Assembly: GCA_964016885.1 (NCBI GenBank)
Contig: OZ024758.1
Coordinates: 11,966,001-12,030,000, forward strand
From: Eledone cirrhosa
Taxonomy: Eukaryota
Reading direction: 5' to 3'
Length of the DNA stretch: 64,000 nucleotides
Shown here: piece after piece, positions 27,630 through 41,564 of the stretch
Position numbering within the stretch: position 1 is the first letter of the stretch
How the letters are laid out: each line of letters begins with the position of its first letter
Translations under genes and position numbers: made by a program
Notes under the pieces: model-generated
What the model was told of the DNA's origin: nothing
Seen by the model: the letters and a program-made list of their open reading frames with translations, nothing else
Databases searched by the model: none

Positions 27630-28987
27630 ATGCCATAAACAATGCTTGCCATACCAGTAGTAACCTACAGTTACAATGTCATGAACTGGTCAAGCACAGA
27701 GATCCGTAGGCTCGATACAAACATTTGAAAATTCTTAACCATGCACAGAATGCATCACCCTAAGGCAGATACAGATAGAATATAACTCCCTATGAAAGAA
27801 GGAGGACGTGGGTTAATCCAGTTAGATATTACGTTGAAAACTGCAACAATTGGATTATCTACATATCTAAGGGAATCACATGATTGGTTGATCAAACTCG
27901 TTTTGAAACACGAAAGCATCAAAAGATTCACAATACAAAAGATGCACAAAGATACAGTAATGGACTACACATTTCAGAAGTCCCATTTACTGCTGCAATG
28001 GAAAACACAGAAAAAGCAAAGCAGGTAAAAGTAACTGCAAAGAAAGAACTGCTACAGAAACTGGCTAAGAAATGGCAAGAAAAGCCTCTGTATGGAAAAT
28101 ACCCAGAAAGAGCTAACAATCCTGATGTTGACAAAACTTTAACCCATCAGTGGTTGGCATCCTCTGGACTGAAATCGGAGACTGAAGGACTGATTATATC
28201 AGCACAAGATCAGTGTCTGCCAACAAAATATTACCAAGCCAACATAATGAAAAATGGATGCAGTCCATTATACCGTGTATGTAAAAAACAACCAGAGACC
28301 ATCGATCATATAATCTCAATGTGCAGTCCTATAGCTCCAACCGAATACCTAAACAGGCATGACAGAGCTGCACAATGGATAATGTGTAAGCATTTTGACC
28401 TGCCCCATCAAAAGAATTGGTGGGAGCATCAACCACCTCCCATACTTGAAAAAGATCACATCTCAATCTTGTGGAACTTTAGCATCCAAACAGACCGAAA
28501 AATAGATGCAAATAGACCTGATATAATATTGAAGGACTTTAAAAAGAGGGTATGCCTGCTAATTGATATGTCTGTTCCAATAGACAAGAATGTATCTATA
28601 AAAACATTTGAAAAATTGAGCAAGTATAAGGACCTGGAGATAGAAATTGGAAAAATGTGGAAACTGAGAACTAAAACAATACCAGTGGTTGTAGGCGCTC
28701 TAGGAATGATACCTAAGGGGTCTAATGATTACTTATCGAAAATCCCAGGAAACCCGCGTATAGGAGAAATACAAAAGATAGTACTAATGGTAACTGCCCA
28801 TATACTAAAGAAGATTCTGTCAATATAAGTACATCACAAGTCTAAACACCTAAAGATGCATGTGTGTGTGTGTATGTTCTTTCTTGAACAGGGCGGACCT
28901 TGTTGTCTCTTGAGGTCACTGGTTGTGACTTGGTGATAACTCGTATGAACATAAAGCAAGATAAATGCAACTATAATAATAATAATA
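27630..28987 (+). mobile_element. 5'-truncated R4/Dong-clade non-LTR retrotransposon (restriction-like endonuclease)
   Basis: Disrupted thumb region (LAIPVVTYS...HHPKAD..R..LP.KEGGRGL), then CCHC finger remnant, RHD, RPDII and KLSKYKDL motifs; (TAA)n on both sides. Confidence 0.88.
27884..28828 (+). pseudogene. C-terminal zinc finger plus RLE domain of the Dong/R4-like ORF
   Basis: 314-aa ORF with ETIDHIISMC, YLNRHD, DANRPDIIL, IDMSVP, KLSKYKDL and IPVVVGALG; upstream part has stops and frameshifts. Confidence 0.85.
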
Positions 28988-30991
28988 GCATCATCCCGTA
29001 TGGAGATTTCATTAATGTTCTGAATATTAAAATACCAAATAATGGATTTTCCATATATTCAGCATTTTTGATAAATGGCCCCCTGACTGAATAAGCAGCA
29101 TTCCTCTATTTATGAAGACATACACGCCTGTCTTCCTATATTTGTATATACAAACATTCAAATTTATTTAACAAACATAAACCCTCTTAATCTTTGCCAA
29201 CAGTACAATATATAAGTTGTCTTCTTTATAGTTCCGTTGCGTGTGGAATCTTCATGTGTGCAATATATCTTTAGAAATGTAAGTTCCTCCTTAATTCATA
29301 AATTAGACAATTGCATTCCTTTTAAATCATCGAATAACTGGTGAATATTATCTTTAACCAAATATGGATGTTTCTTAAAGCTTGGCACCACTTTGTGTTA
29401 TTATATATTTGATATATGAAGCATTGAAAGTCTTAAACATGATGACAATCTACTACTACCATATAGAGATTAGAAGGTTAGAAGTAAACAATGTTTAACA
29501 TATAATTGATAATTTAGAATGGAACAGTGGTTGAAGAAGAGAATAGGAAACCAGATGAATACCAAGCAGGATGTAAACGAATTATTGCAATATATTGCCA
29601 AACCCAACGTGAAAGCAATATACACACAGCTATTTACATAATCTGTGCAAAGAAAATGATTTAAAAGGAAAATATGGATTGGGTATTCTCATTAATGAAA
29701 TATATTGTCATGAAGTCGACGCATGAATTATATTTCATTTATTAAATTATAATTTAATTTTTCTGGACCGTATTAAATTCTTTATGATACCTCCAAGAAT
29801 GTGTTATACATTTTATGCATAAATAAATTGTCTTCTTATGTAGATTATAAATAAAATCACTACACCACAGATGAATTTTTTTCCAGAAATTCCTCAGAAA
29901 TTCCTTTCAGTTTGTGAAATGTTTATAAATAGGTTTTGACCATAACACTTGTTGAGAACCAGGATCGTAATTATATTAAGCCTCTTAACCGAGGATTCCA
30001 ACCGTATTTCTTTCTCATGTACAAGTGTATTTAGTGAACGGGATATATTAAAATACCAAATAATGGATCCTCCATATATTCAGCATTTGTTATTAATGGC
30101 CCCTTGACGGAAATAGCAACTTTCCTCTATTTATAACGGGATTCTGTGCGGGATATATGCTTTACTTATCCTCCGTGGAGCCTAAACTTCTGGTCTGTGC
30201 GCTATAGGAATGCAAATGTACAATATTCCTTTTGCCAGGTATTTCCCATAAATTGAGAAGCATCTGACACTATTCCAATTTCGTCCTTGGTATATATGAC
30301 AATTTATCCTAAGGTGTTGTCATATATAACTTACGTGTACAGGTTAATCTTGCATAAGAGATCTCCAAACAGGCAATTTAATCAAAGGTTGAAATCTCAA
30401 AACAAATATAATTCTATTCAGTCCTATAATATATTCCGTTTAAACACTGCCTGGACTTGAATCGCAAAGTATATGAATGGAATATTATTATATTATACAG
30501 TAATTATTATATTGGACAGTAACTGAACGCCATTAATATTCTCTACATTCTGATAATATTAGATTAGGTGAATGTTGTTCATGATAAATTATCCGCCAAG
30601 CGGAATCAAATTAAGAGTTATCTTCAGTGATCCACCTATTAATATATCAATTTGTATATAATTCCATATAGAATTGTACAAGTCAACATTCTCTTCCAAT
30701 ACATTACATTTGGACATGGTTTAAAGGAGATCATGAGTTTTAATCCTAGGCAGATGAGCGGTGTCTTCTTCTTCTCAATTGATATATCAAATAAATTTTA
30801 ATCTATTTTTAATGTGCTTCTACTACTTACATTAAATTTCACTGCAAATGGAAGTCATTTTCTTATCCAAAAAAAACAATGAAATATTATCAATAAATAT
30901 AGCTCGGTCTTTCTGTATGAAAGTATCAACACAAAAATCCGGAATATATGATGAAACGAACTCATCTAATAAATTATCTATGTTTTGATAT

Positions 30992-31100
30992 TGTGCTCAA
31001 TTCTTAGAATTGCATTCGCAATCGTGAGGTTGTGAGTTCAATTCCAGAACCAGGCGATGTGTAGATGTCCTTGAGCAAGACACTTTATTTCACATTGCTC
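30992..31100 (+). mobile_element. Degraded CORE-type SINE head (family of 61639)
   Basis: B box gagttcaattcc followed by tgtccttgagcaagacactttatttcacattgctcc. Confidence 0.6.
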
Positions 31101-31403
31101 CTTCTACCTGGAGTTGCGACCGATATATAGTATTAGCAATTGGAAAGACCAATGGAAACATTGTTTCCTCGGACCGATTTGACGAAAGTCGATCGTTCCT
31201 TTACATATTTACATATATTATAAATACATACATATACACACAGAAACGCACAAAAACACACACATATATATATACATATATATATATATATACTTACATA
31301 TATGTATGAATAGATATATACAAATATATACATATATATATTTGCCTCCTGTGTTTTGTTGTTTTGTTTGTTTCACTTACTGATTACATATATGTATATA
31401 TAT

Positions 31404-31488
<85 letters not shown>

Positions 31489-31501
31489 CATACATACTTA
31501 C

Positions 31502-31564
<63 letters not shown>

Positions 31565-31781
31565 CTTGAGCTGATCAATAGAGAAACGAGTGCCACTACT
31601 CAACAAATGTAATGAAGTCATAACAAATCGTACTTTTATTATTATATGTATATATATATGTATATATATATATATGTGTATATATATATATAAATATATA
31701 TATATGTGTGTGTGTGTGTGTGGTGTGCCCTTGCATGTATGCATGTATGTGTGCGTGTATTTATAGTTAAACAGTTAGCTG

Positions 31782-32331
<550 letters not shown>

Positions 32332-32739
32332 TTTAATGAACTCTAGATAAAATCCCTTGAATATATCCTTTACAACAAAGTTAAGTAGAAAAACAGATTC
32401 ATTTTGTTTTCCATAATGGATTGACATTGCCTACTTAAGTAGTTTTATTTATGTATTCTAAAGACTACGTAAAAAATATCTCTAAGCATACTTAATATAT
32501 GAAGCGAATCCTCACGTATTAGATATATATATATATATGTGGGCGGGGGTGGGGTGGACATATGTGTATGCATGCATGTGTATGTATGAGTTTGTATAGA
32601 TGTATATATATATATATGTATGAGTGTGTGGGGGCATGTGTATATATATGTGTGTATGTATGTGTCGGTATATATGTATATATATATGTATGTATATATA
32701 TATATGTATGTGTGTGTGGGCATGTGTGTAGTATGTGTA

Positions 32740-32785
<46 letters not shown>

Positions 32786-32943
32786 TGTGTGTTTGTGTAT
32801 GCTTGAATATATGTTTGCGTATATGTACGTCTGTGTATGTATGTTTGTATGTATATGTGTACATGTATATATCTATGTGTATGTAGTTATGTATGTATAT
32901 ATATATATGAATGTATGTGTGTTTGTGTGTTTGTCTATACATA

Positions 32944-33080
<137 letters not shown>

Positions 33081-34131
33081 TATAATCTAAAATCATACAG
33101 AATGCACATGTAGAAAAAGCTGGAAAACAAATTGAATTTTCTGAGAGATATTTATCATTTTGTTTTCATCTATATTATTTCCTTGTTATATGTTTGTTAT
33201 ATTTGTTATATGTTTGTTATTTGTTTGTTATATGTTTGTTATATGTTTGTTATATGTTTCTGTATTATAACTTTGTTTTACTTCACTACGTTTTCCTGTA
33301 ATATTAAAACATGACAAAGTCACCAACAGTAATGAAATTCATTTACAATGTTGTTCCCTTAGGAAGCTATTTGTTTGCAGTGATGTTATTACAATACGAT
33401 TTTATAATTTTTATAACTATTTTCTTCTATGCTAGATATATAAGAATGTATGTGTATTGTTCATCTCGCAAAAATAGTAAAGAAACAACACGATATTTAT
33501 ATATATTTGTGTATATATTTTTAGTATATAGGATTCAGCTTTAAATTTGTACTTATCCAACCATAAAAAGTTTCTGTATTCTATATGAAATTCTTTTCAT
33601 TTCTCATGATGGAAAACGTGTTTATTTATTGTATCTTCCTTTCTTAGTTTCTCCTGTATCTTTTCTCCTCTCACACCAACTTTCGATTTTGTATTTTTCT
33701 TCTTCTTTTTCTTTTTCTTTTTCTTTTTACATTTTCTTTGCGTTAATAATTACCCCAGTTCTTTCTCGTGTGTTACATACTTGGTAAATTTCTTTTGTTT
33801 AATAAATAGCCACGTATATAGGCTTCGCCATAGCTCTGATATTGAAATGTTAGCCTCTAAACCATTTGTCAGATATTTAGATACACTGGACTGCTCATCA
33901 GATAATTGCTAAATGTTTTAATCCTGAAACGTTATAAAAAGAAATGTAAGATCATCTTTTTTTCATAGATATCTATGTATATGACAATTTAATGAGAGAT
34001 CCGTTAATTAAACGCTTGGACAGATAGAAAATGTCACAAATCTCTATTTCTCACGACACATTACACGTGTGGGCTGAACAGTTCATAAGCTGACTATGAA
34101 GGAGTGATACAAAAGCTGACATTAATTTCAT

Positions 34132-34312
34132 GAATTGGCAGTATCGGTAGAGAGTCGGGCGCCATGCTTTCCAGCATAGTTACGTCCTTTTGCGGTCTGA
34201 GTTCAAATCCCGCCGACGTTAACTTTGCCTTTCATCCTTACGGGTGTCGATAAAATAAAGTACCAGTAATGTACTGGGTAATTGGTGGCCTTGTGCCAAA
34301 AGTAGAAACAAT
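34132..34312 (+). mobile_element. tRNA-derived SINE (main family)
   Basis: Family match. Confidence 0.9.
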
Positions 34313-35009
34313 TCATTTCAACTATTCTTATTAATAACTACAATGTTTCTTTTACAGGATCTACGTTGAAGAAGGGAATAAAGAAATGTGATGTACAAGA
34401 CAAGTTCACAAACACACTCACTTCTTCCCATTTATCAGCTTTCAGAGCACAAAAATGGTTTCGCACGATTTAATTGCGAGTACCATATTAAATATGTTGG
34501 ATCATGCAACAGAAGTAATATATCTTTCTGCTAGTACGATCCATTCTGAATATCTATGTTCTTTATTTCTGTTTTCTGCGTATGTTATGAAATAGAGAAA
34601 ACTGCAGAAAATGCATACATTTTATGTTAAGTGTATTAGCACCCAATAATTTTCCCATATTTCAATACTATACACTTTAGATTGCAGAATTGCTATGTAA
34701 ACATTTAACATTTAATCTGTTTGTTTTAAATTTAGTTTTTTGTGTATATAATCATATATACGAAAGTGATTATCTTTGTTCTATACCTTTGCTTGGATTT
34801 TTGTGTCTTATCACTTTTCAACACGATGCTGCTTAACAATAGCATCTATTTAATAAGCAAGTTTATTTGTTCATTCTATTCCATATACACCCGCAAATGC
34901 ATTATTCCTTATCTTCGTTAAAGCAGGTGTATTGAAAAATATTCATAGTCTATAATTATGACATGATAGCGAAATATGCATTCTTGCATATATATATATA
35001 TATATATAT

Positions 35010-35610
35010 AGTAATAATAATAAAATTGAAGACTAAAATCCAAAGAGGGCTCGATAAGGAAAATATATATCAAATATATAAGAACCGTAGAGCAAATATT
35101 TATTAAAATAACAGATTAAAGTTTAAGCAAAGAATCGCTGCTTTCACCCTTAACGGGATCTTCTGAAACTAACAAAGTCAATCTGTAAACGCAGAACTGG
35201 ATATTTCAAAAAACGTTGCAACCGGAGGAAGACAGGAAGACGATACTTTGGTTCGTGGTAACGTTCGCTGGCAAAGAACGGGAAAAAACGAATAATACGT
35301 CATTAATAGGAGCGGTGAAAAACAATTACGCGCAAATACAAAACCACGTTTATGGTATAAAAGAGGTCGTAGACTAATGTTCTCTTAGGTGGTGCATAGA
35401 GACGTTCTCTGGCAATAAACGAAAAAACGAAGATAATAAGTCATATGTGGAGCGTGGAGAACAATAGCACGCAAAGACAAAACCACTGTCTTCCTCCGGT
35501 TGCAACGTTTTTTGAAATATCCAGTTCTGCGTTTACAGATTGACTTTGTTAGTTTCAGAAGATCCCGTTAAGGGTGAAAGCAGCGATTCTTTGTTTAATC
35601 TGTTATTTTA

Positions 35611-35615
<5 letters not shown>
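35010..35615 (-). mobile_element. Longest family A copy: Penelope-like pLTR with inverted partial copy
   Basis: Minus-strand order is internal direct repeats (about 140 bp), hammerhead-like motif (35120-35170), AATAAA, tail, (TA)n; 35098-35235 is inverted at 35486-35615. Confidence 0.7.
35120..35170 (-). ncRNA. Hammerhead-like motif with U4A core variant
   Basis: agttt CAGAAGA tccc-gttaa-gggt GAAA gca-gcgattctt-tgc TT aaact; same motif at 46493-46543. Confidence 0.55.
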
Positions 35616-35663
<48 letters not shown>

Positions 35664-35760
35664 TGTTATATACATATATATACAGGATTTACATATATAC
35701 AGGATATATATATATATATACATATATATGTATGTATATATGTGAGTATATATATATATG

Positions 35761-35793
<33 letters not shown>

Positions 35794-35909
35794 GAACCAG
35801 TAAGACCCTGTTTTGTCCCTGTTCAAATTTTTCCATTATATATATATATATATATATATAATGGAAAAATTTGAACAGGGACAAAACATAAAATTTAGCT
35901 TCGTTTATT

Positions 35910-35964
35910 ACTGCTATATATATTTCAGTGACAGCCATCTTTGGCTGTGACCTCTTCAGGCAGT
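35910..35964 (-). ncRNA. Type-I hammerhead ribozyme motif (canonical core)
   Basis: Minus strand: actgc CTGAAGA ggtcacagcca-aaga-tggctgtcact GAAA tatata TA gcagt, followed by aataaa. Confidence 0.85.
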
Positions 35965-36817
35965 CCGAATTAGGGTGGTATAGACAAGTACATATGTTGT
36001 TGAGGTGTATAATATTGTCAATACTCTGATATGCCCAGTTCCTGGTTGGGTTGTTATTTCACTGAGGAACTGGAATCATATGAATTCAAACAAACGAATT
36101 TCAGTGTCAAAGGGCCTCTTCTCCTCTCATTGGTCAGTTGTTAGAACATTCCTCATTCTAAGTGTTGTTATTGTTGGAGTTAGCTTAAAAAATTGATAAA
36201 GTGGTAGAAGGGACAAGGTGTTAAAGGAACAAAATAACAAAAAAAGTGTCAAACTTCCCATTGGTCAGTTCTGAGAGCATTCCTCAGTCAGAAGTCTATA
36301 GAATTCTTTCTAGGGTAAGGCTCCCTGTAGTGTTTGTGTTTGCTATTGTTAAGTACATTTGACCTCTACCAATACTTTGGTAGTGTTGTTGGTGTTGTGG
36401 TCAGCTTATGTCTTGCTTCTGTTGACAATTTAGAAGTATGTGCGTGTGTTTTTTCTTCATCCCTCCTGCCACCATCTCTCATAGTGGTGGGTGGGGGGGG
36501 CGGCATCTTCCATGTATATGAAGAAATATAAGGCAATATATGAAGAAAAAAGAAACCATGGAATAAACTTATAATTATATACATTTAAACGTTTAGAAGT
36601 ATTTGCTGTAGGGTCTGTCTGAGGTTGAACTTCAGATATATGCATTGTTGTTCAAGCATATTATATTGAAGAAAACTTATGAATGTCCTAGAAGATTAAA
36701 ATAATAAAAAATATTCTATAATCATTTGCTATATCTGAAATGTATGTACACAATAGCTTTTAATAAAATATGAAGTACAAGTATATATACAAACACACAC
36801 ATACACACACACACACC

Positions 36818-36927
<110 letters not shown>

Positions 36928-36936
36928 AGACTAAAA

Positions 36937-37008
<72 letters not shown>

Positions 37009-37048
37009 GTAATAATAATAAACTTGAAGACTAAAATGTGTGTGTGTG

Positions 37049-37148
<100 letters not shown>

Positions 37149-37156
37149 TATATGTA

Positions 37157-37234
<78 letters not shown>

Positions 37235-39147
37235 ACAGGGAAACATGAAGTGAATTTACACGTCTGAAAATTGTTTCTACAAAAGTAATGAAACAACAAA
37301 AGAAATACACTATAGTGAAAATGTTACAATGGCTTCATTATTCATATACAGCTTCGCCTTTCATCCTTACGGGGTCGATAAAATAAAGTACCAGTAATAC
37401 ACTGGGATAATTGCTTTGTCCCGAGGTATTACACTAAAATATCATACAACAACAGTGACATTCCGAGTACATATATTATATGTATATGTGTGTGTGTAAG
37501 TATGCGTGTGTTTCTGTGTATGTCTGTATGTGTGTATGTACGCATTTATATATATATATACATATACATGCATAATGAACATACAACTTGGCATGATACA
37601 AGGTAAAACGAGTAATTCCTGAAAAATAACTAAATACATATTACCAGACTTGAGAAAGTAAATTAACAGTAAAAAATCGAATTATGCCAAACAATATATT
37701 TTTTCTGGTTTTTCATAAATACATGTTTTTTCCTAAATCGACAAATAATACTTTTTCTTTATTTTCTATTCCGAAAATTTACAATAATATGAAGCGGAGT
37801 TATTAATTTTATCAGATTGTTGTTTTATTTTCCTCATTGTTTTTGTGTTGGTGGTGGTGTTGGTCGTGCTGGGGGTTGATTTGCATTTTTTCTTTATTAT
37901 TAAATATTTATCTTATAATGGGGAACTCTATTTTTTAATGTACAATTTATAATTTCCATGCTATACGTGATTTTGACACAAATTTATATGTCAATCTTTA
38001 AAAAAAAAATGATATATTTGTATTATAGATATATTTAAATATAGTTGCTGAATAAACATGTGATTGTGAATTTGTAAGGCTATATTTTTAAACATAATTG
38101 TATTTTACATAAATTATAAAACTCTTCCGCAAAATATATATTCCATTATGGTTGTTCATTAATATTCATTTGGTGAATTACTAACCGCATGCTATATCAG
38201 TTTGCAACATATTCCAAATATAAATATTTATATCCTGAACCCCCTCATAGTATCACAGCTAGTCCAGTTACTTTTTTAGAAATTATCCATAGCCCCTGGA
38301 ACAAAATCATCTAGAAAAGACAAACCAGATAATTTTCATCAATGGCCAGAGTCTCTCAGAGAACATCGTCGCTGGTACCGATCACTTATCCACACTTTAT
38401 GATGTCACCCTTATTCACATCGTTCCACAATAGATATTCCTCTGCACATATAAACAGGAATGTTATAAATTCGCTACCACTTCCTGATATTTGGAAACAC
38501 AATAGCTAAAATATGTATCACATGTTATAATGAAGGTCGTAGAACATATTATTTAGTTACTACAAATTTATTCTGTTTTAACCCGCTCAGCAAAATCCTT
38601 ATCTAAGTCGAGGTTATTGGCATTTGTGTTTGTCATTTACTATCCGCATATTCATGGGGGTAAACACAAAATAACTGATTTGAAATGCTTCAGGGAAAAG
38701 CTGTGCTTTCAAGTCTGAAGTAATCATTTAAGAGAAAGAGATTATAGAATGAAACATTATTTTACTTTTCCGTATTTCTTTTACATTTCTAAACAATATA
38801 TCTAAAGTTTGTCCATTAGACTTTTAGAGTGGAAAATTAAAAGACCAACAAAAATCAATTTAGAATCTGCATCCATGTTATACATAGAAGAATTGGAACT
38901 ACCTAGAACATATACTGCTGCAAGTCTATGGCATTTTGCAAAATTAATAAAAAAAAAACAATAACTACAGATATTTATTTTCAGAATAGTATTATTATTA
39001 TTATTATTATTATTATTTTTTTTTTTTTTTTATTGTTTTGTTTTTTGTAAAAAGAAAGTCTATTTAATGCAACAAATGTGCATTCTTCAAATAGCTTACA
39101 GGGAAGAAGCATTTATGTATACATATACTTTATATATATATATACTT

Positions 39148-39214
<67 letters not shown>

Positions 39215-39746
39215 GGAAAAATGTTTGGTGAATCCATACGTACATATATATGTGTGCATGTATGTATATATATATATACATACTACTGTAGTCTGTATAC
39301 ATGTATGTATGTACGTATACATACTTATATATATATATATTTATATACATATACTTTATATATATATATATGCATATATATATATATGCATTTGCATTTT
39401 TTTCCCTTCCTCCTTATGTAAGGTGGTAATAAAACTCACCATGATGTTGGAATCTTTATTTCTTTGATGATTTTGTGATAACATTTTGTATATATCGGTG
39501 TATATTTTTCAATGCTGCAAATGCATATAATAGTGTAACGCCTAGAGTTGTATAAACTGTATTAAGTTACAAGCCGAAGGGTTCTTATATATACTCCTAA
39601 TGTAAATAATAAAGAAAACTCAAATAATTTCTTAATATATATTTCAGCTTGAATATAAATCTATATGACAGTTGAAAACTAAATATTCCTCTGCGTTGTT
39701 TCTATAACTGTAGCTATATGTATATAATATTATAAGATAAAGCACA

Positions 39747-39865
39747 TTCTGAGTTCAAATCCCGCCGAGGTTAACTTTGCTTTTCATCCTTACGGGGTCG
39801 ATAAAATAAAGTACCAGTAATACACTGGATAATTGCTGGCCTTGTGCCAAAAGTAGAAACAATTA
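39747..39865 (+). mobile_element. 5'-truncated SINE with 17-bp TSD
   Basis: ttataagataaagcaca at 39730-39746 and 39863-39879. Confidence 0.9.
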
Positions 39866-40111
39866 TAAGATAAAGCACAGAAAGACATTCTCTCACCCCT
39901 TTCTGTTCTAACCGGCCGTAATAGGCCAGTCATACTGATATTAAGGTATTGTTCTCAAAATAAATATTATCAAAATCTCATAGATTCGATATTATTTAAA
40001 ATAATTATGTGCGGTAAAGCCTTTATTGTAAAAATACAATAGTATATATAGAGTAATGTAAATGTTATGTGAGATATTATGTGAGATAAAGCCTTCACCG
40101 TAGAAATACAA

Positions 40112-41564
40112 TCTCTCTATATATAAAACGGAAGATGTCTGTCTGTGTGTGTGTGTATGATTTTTATGTATTTCCACATTTCTTTACCGATTTTGATGAT
40201 TTTTTTTCCAATGTGCTCCAAATTTACCAACGATGGTCAACGCGTAATAAACTTTGTCAAAAATGTCCTGCTTCTATGAAAAAAATCGATAAAACTAAAT
40301 ACATGCTGTAACCCTCTCTCTTACACGCTTATTCACTCTTACACGCTTATTCACCCAACAGCGACAAAACTTCGTTCAGGAACGCGACATGAACTTTGAA
40401 AACTAAGCAACACATAGTCATAACGCTCTCTCCGCCGCTCTTCCCTCTCTCTATAATATATCATTCGCCCTCTCTATAATTTAACTTCTTTACTCTCTTC
40501 ATGCTTTGAGGCTTAACACCTTCCCTCCTAAAGTTTCTTAGCTTTACTCTCTCCGTCGCTCTTCCTTCTCTCTATAATAGATTATTCCCCCTCTCTATAA
40601 TTTAACTGCTATACTCTCTCTGTCGCTCTTCACTCTCTATATGACAACATTGTTTTACACACCTCATTATAGTTTCTTAGCTTTACTCTCTCCATCGCTC
40701 TTCCCTCTCTCTATAATAGATTATTCCCCCTCTCTATAATTTAACTGATGGGGGAGTCATTGGAGTTCCGTATTGACATACGGCTTTTCTGTGGTATTTT
40801 AATCGGCTTATTGAAAATAACAACCCACAAAATAACACTTCATATAACAGATTAATGCAATTAATACATATGAATCGGAATGTTTAAATTATTTATTATT
40901 TTTACGACTTTCATTGGTTAAATATTAATATGACAACACCCATAGTGTTGTACTTTTGGCAATTCTGCCGAATACACTTCCAAGGATGAACCTTTTCCCC
41001 TCGGCGTCAGTTATCCCGTTCGATTTCCGGCAATCCCAATTCCCGGTGAGACGATGTTTTGCCATGTCAATTAACAAGTCACAAGGGCAAACATTGTCGG
41101 TGGCGGGCATCCATTTGGGGGTGCCATGCTTCTCCCATGGCCAACTTTATGTTGCCTGTTCCCGCGTAGGGAGCAGGAATGGGTTTTAGCTTACACTCCT
41201 CAAGGGATGACACGCAATATCGTCTACAAAGAGGTGCTATAGATGTTGGTGCAGATGTTGGAGGTGTTGGAGCTATGCCGTCTGGAAAACTATTTTCTGG
41301 TAGGGTCACCCATGGCGGAAGATCTGACACCTAACGGCATCAGGGCCACCATCTTGCAACTTTAGTCTGCTAAATTCGCTATTGGAAGATTATTAACCCA
41401 TCATTGATTGTCCAAAATGCTAATTGGTTCGTAACTTTTAATAACCGGTTCAACTGCTTTATGCACTTAATTGATAAGCTTATTCGCTTTGAAGCCACGT
41501 TTACCTGTATGTAACTTTTCATAGCAAATGAACAAACCCGAGCAACGCCGGGCTAAACTGCTAG
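40112..41564 (+). mobile_element. Non-autonomous Helitron (about 1.45 kb) with helicase remnant
   Basis: 5' TC, 3' hairpin cccgagcaacgccggg plus CTAG, inserted between A and T with no TSD; internal minisatellite at about 40420-40746. Confidence 0.92.
40975..41242 (+). pseudogene. Helitron Rep/Hel Pif1-type helicase C-terminal fragment
   Basis: QFPVRRCFAMSINKSQGQTL...FSHGQLYVACSRV and, in a shifted frame, TRNIVYKEVL*. Confidence 0.9.

Noticed and set aside
34359-34475. Possible exon after tttcttttacag
   Set aside because: Good acceptor, but only short reading frames, no recognisable domain and no partner exons; RNA-seq would be needed.
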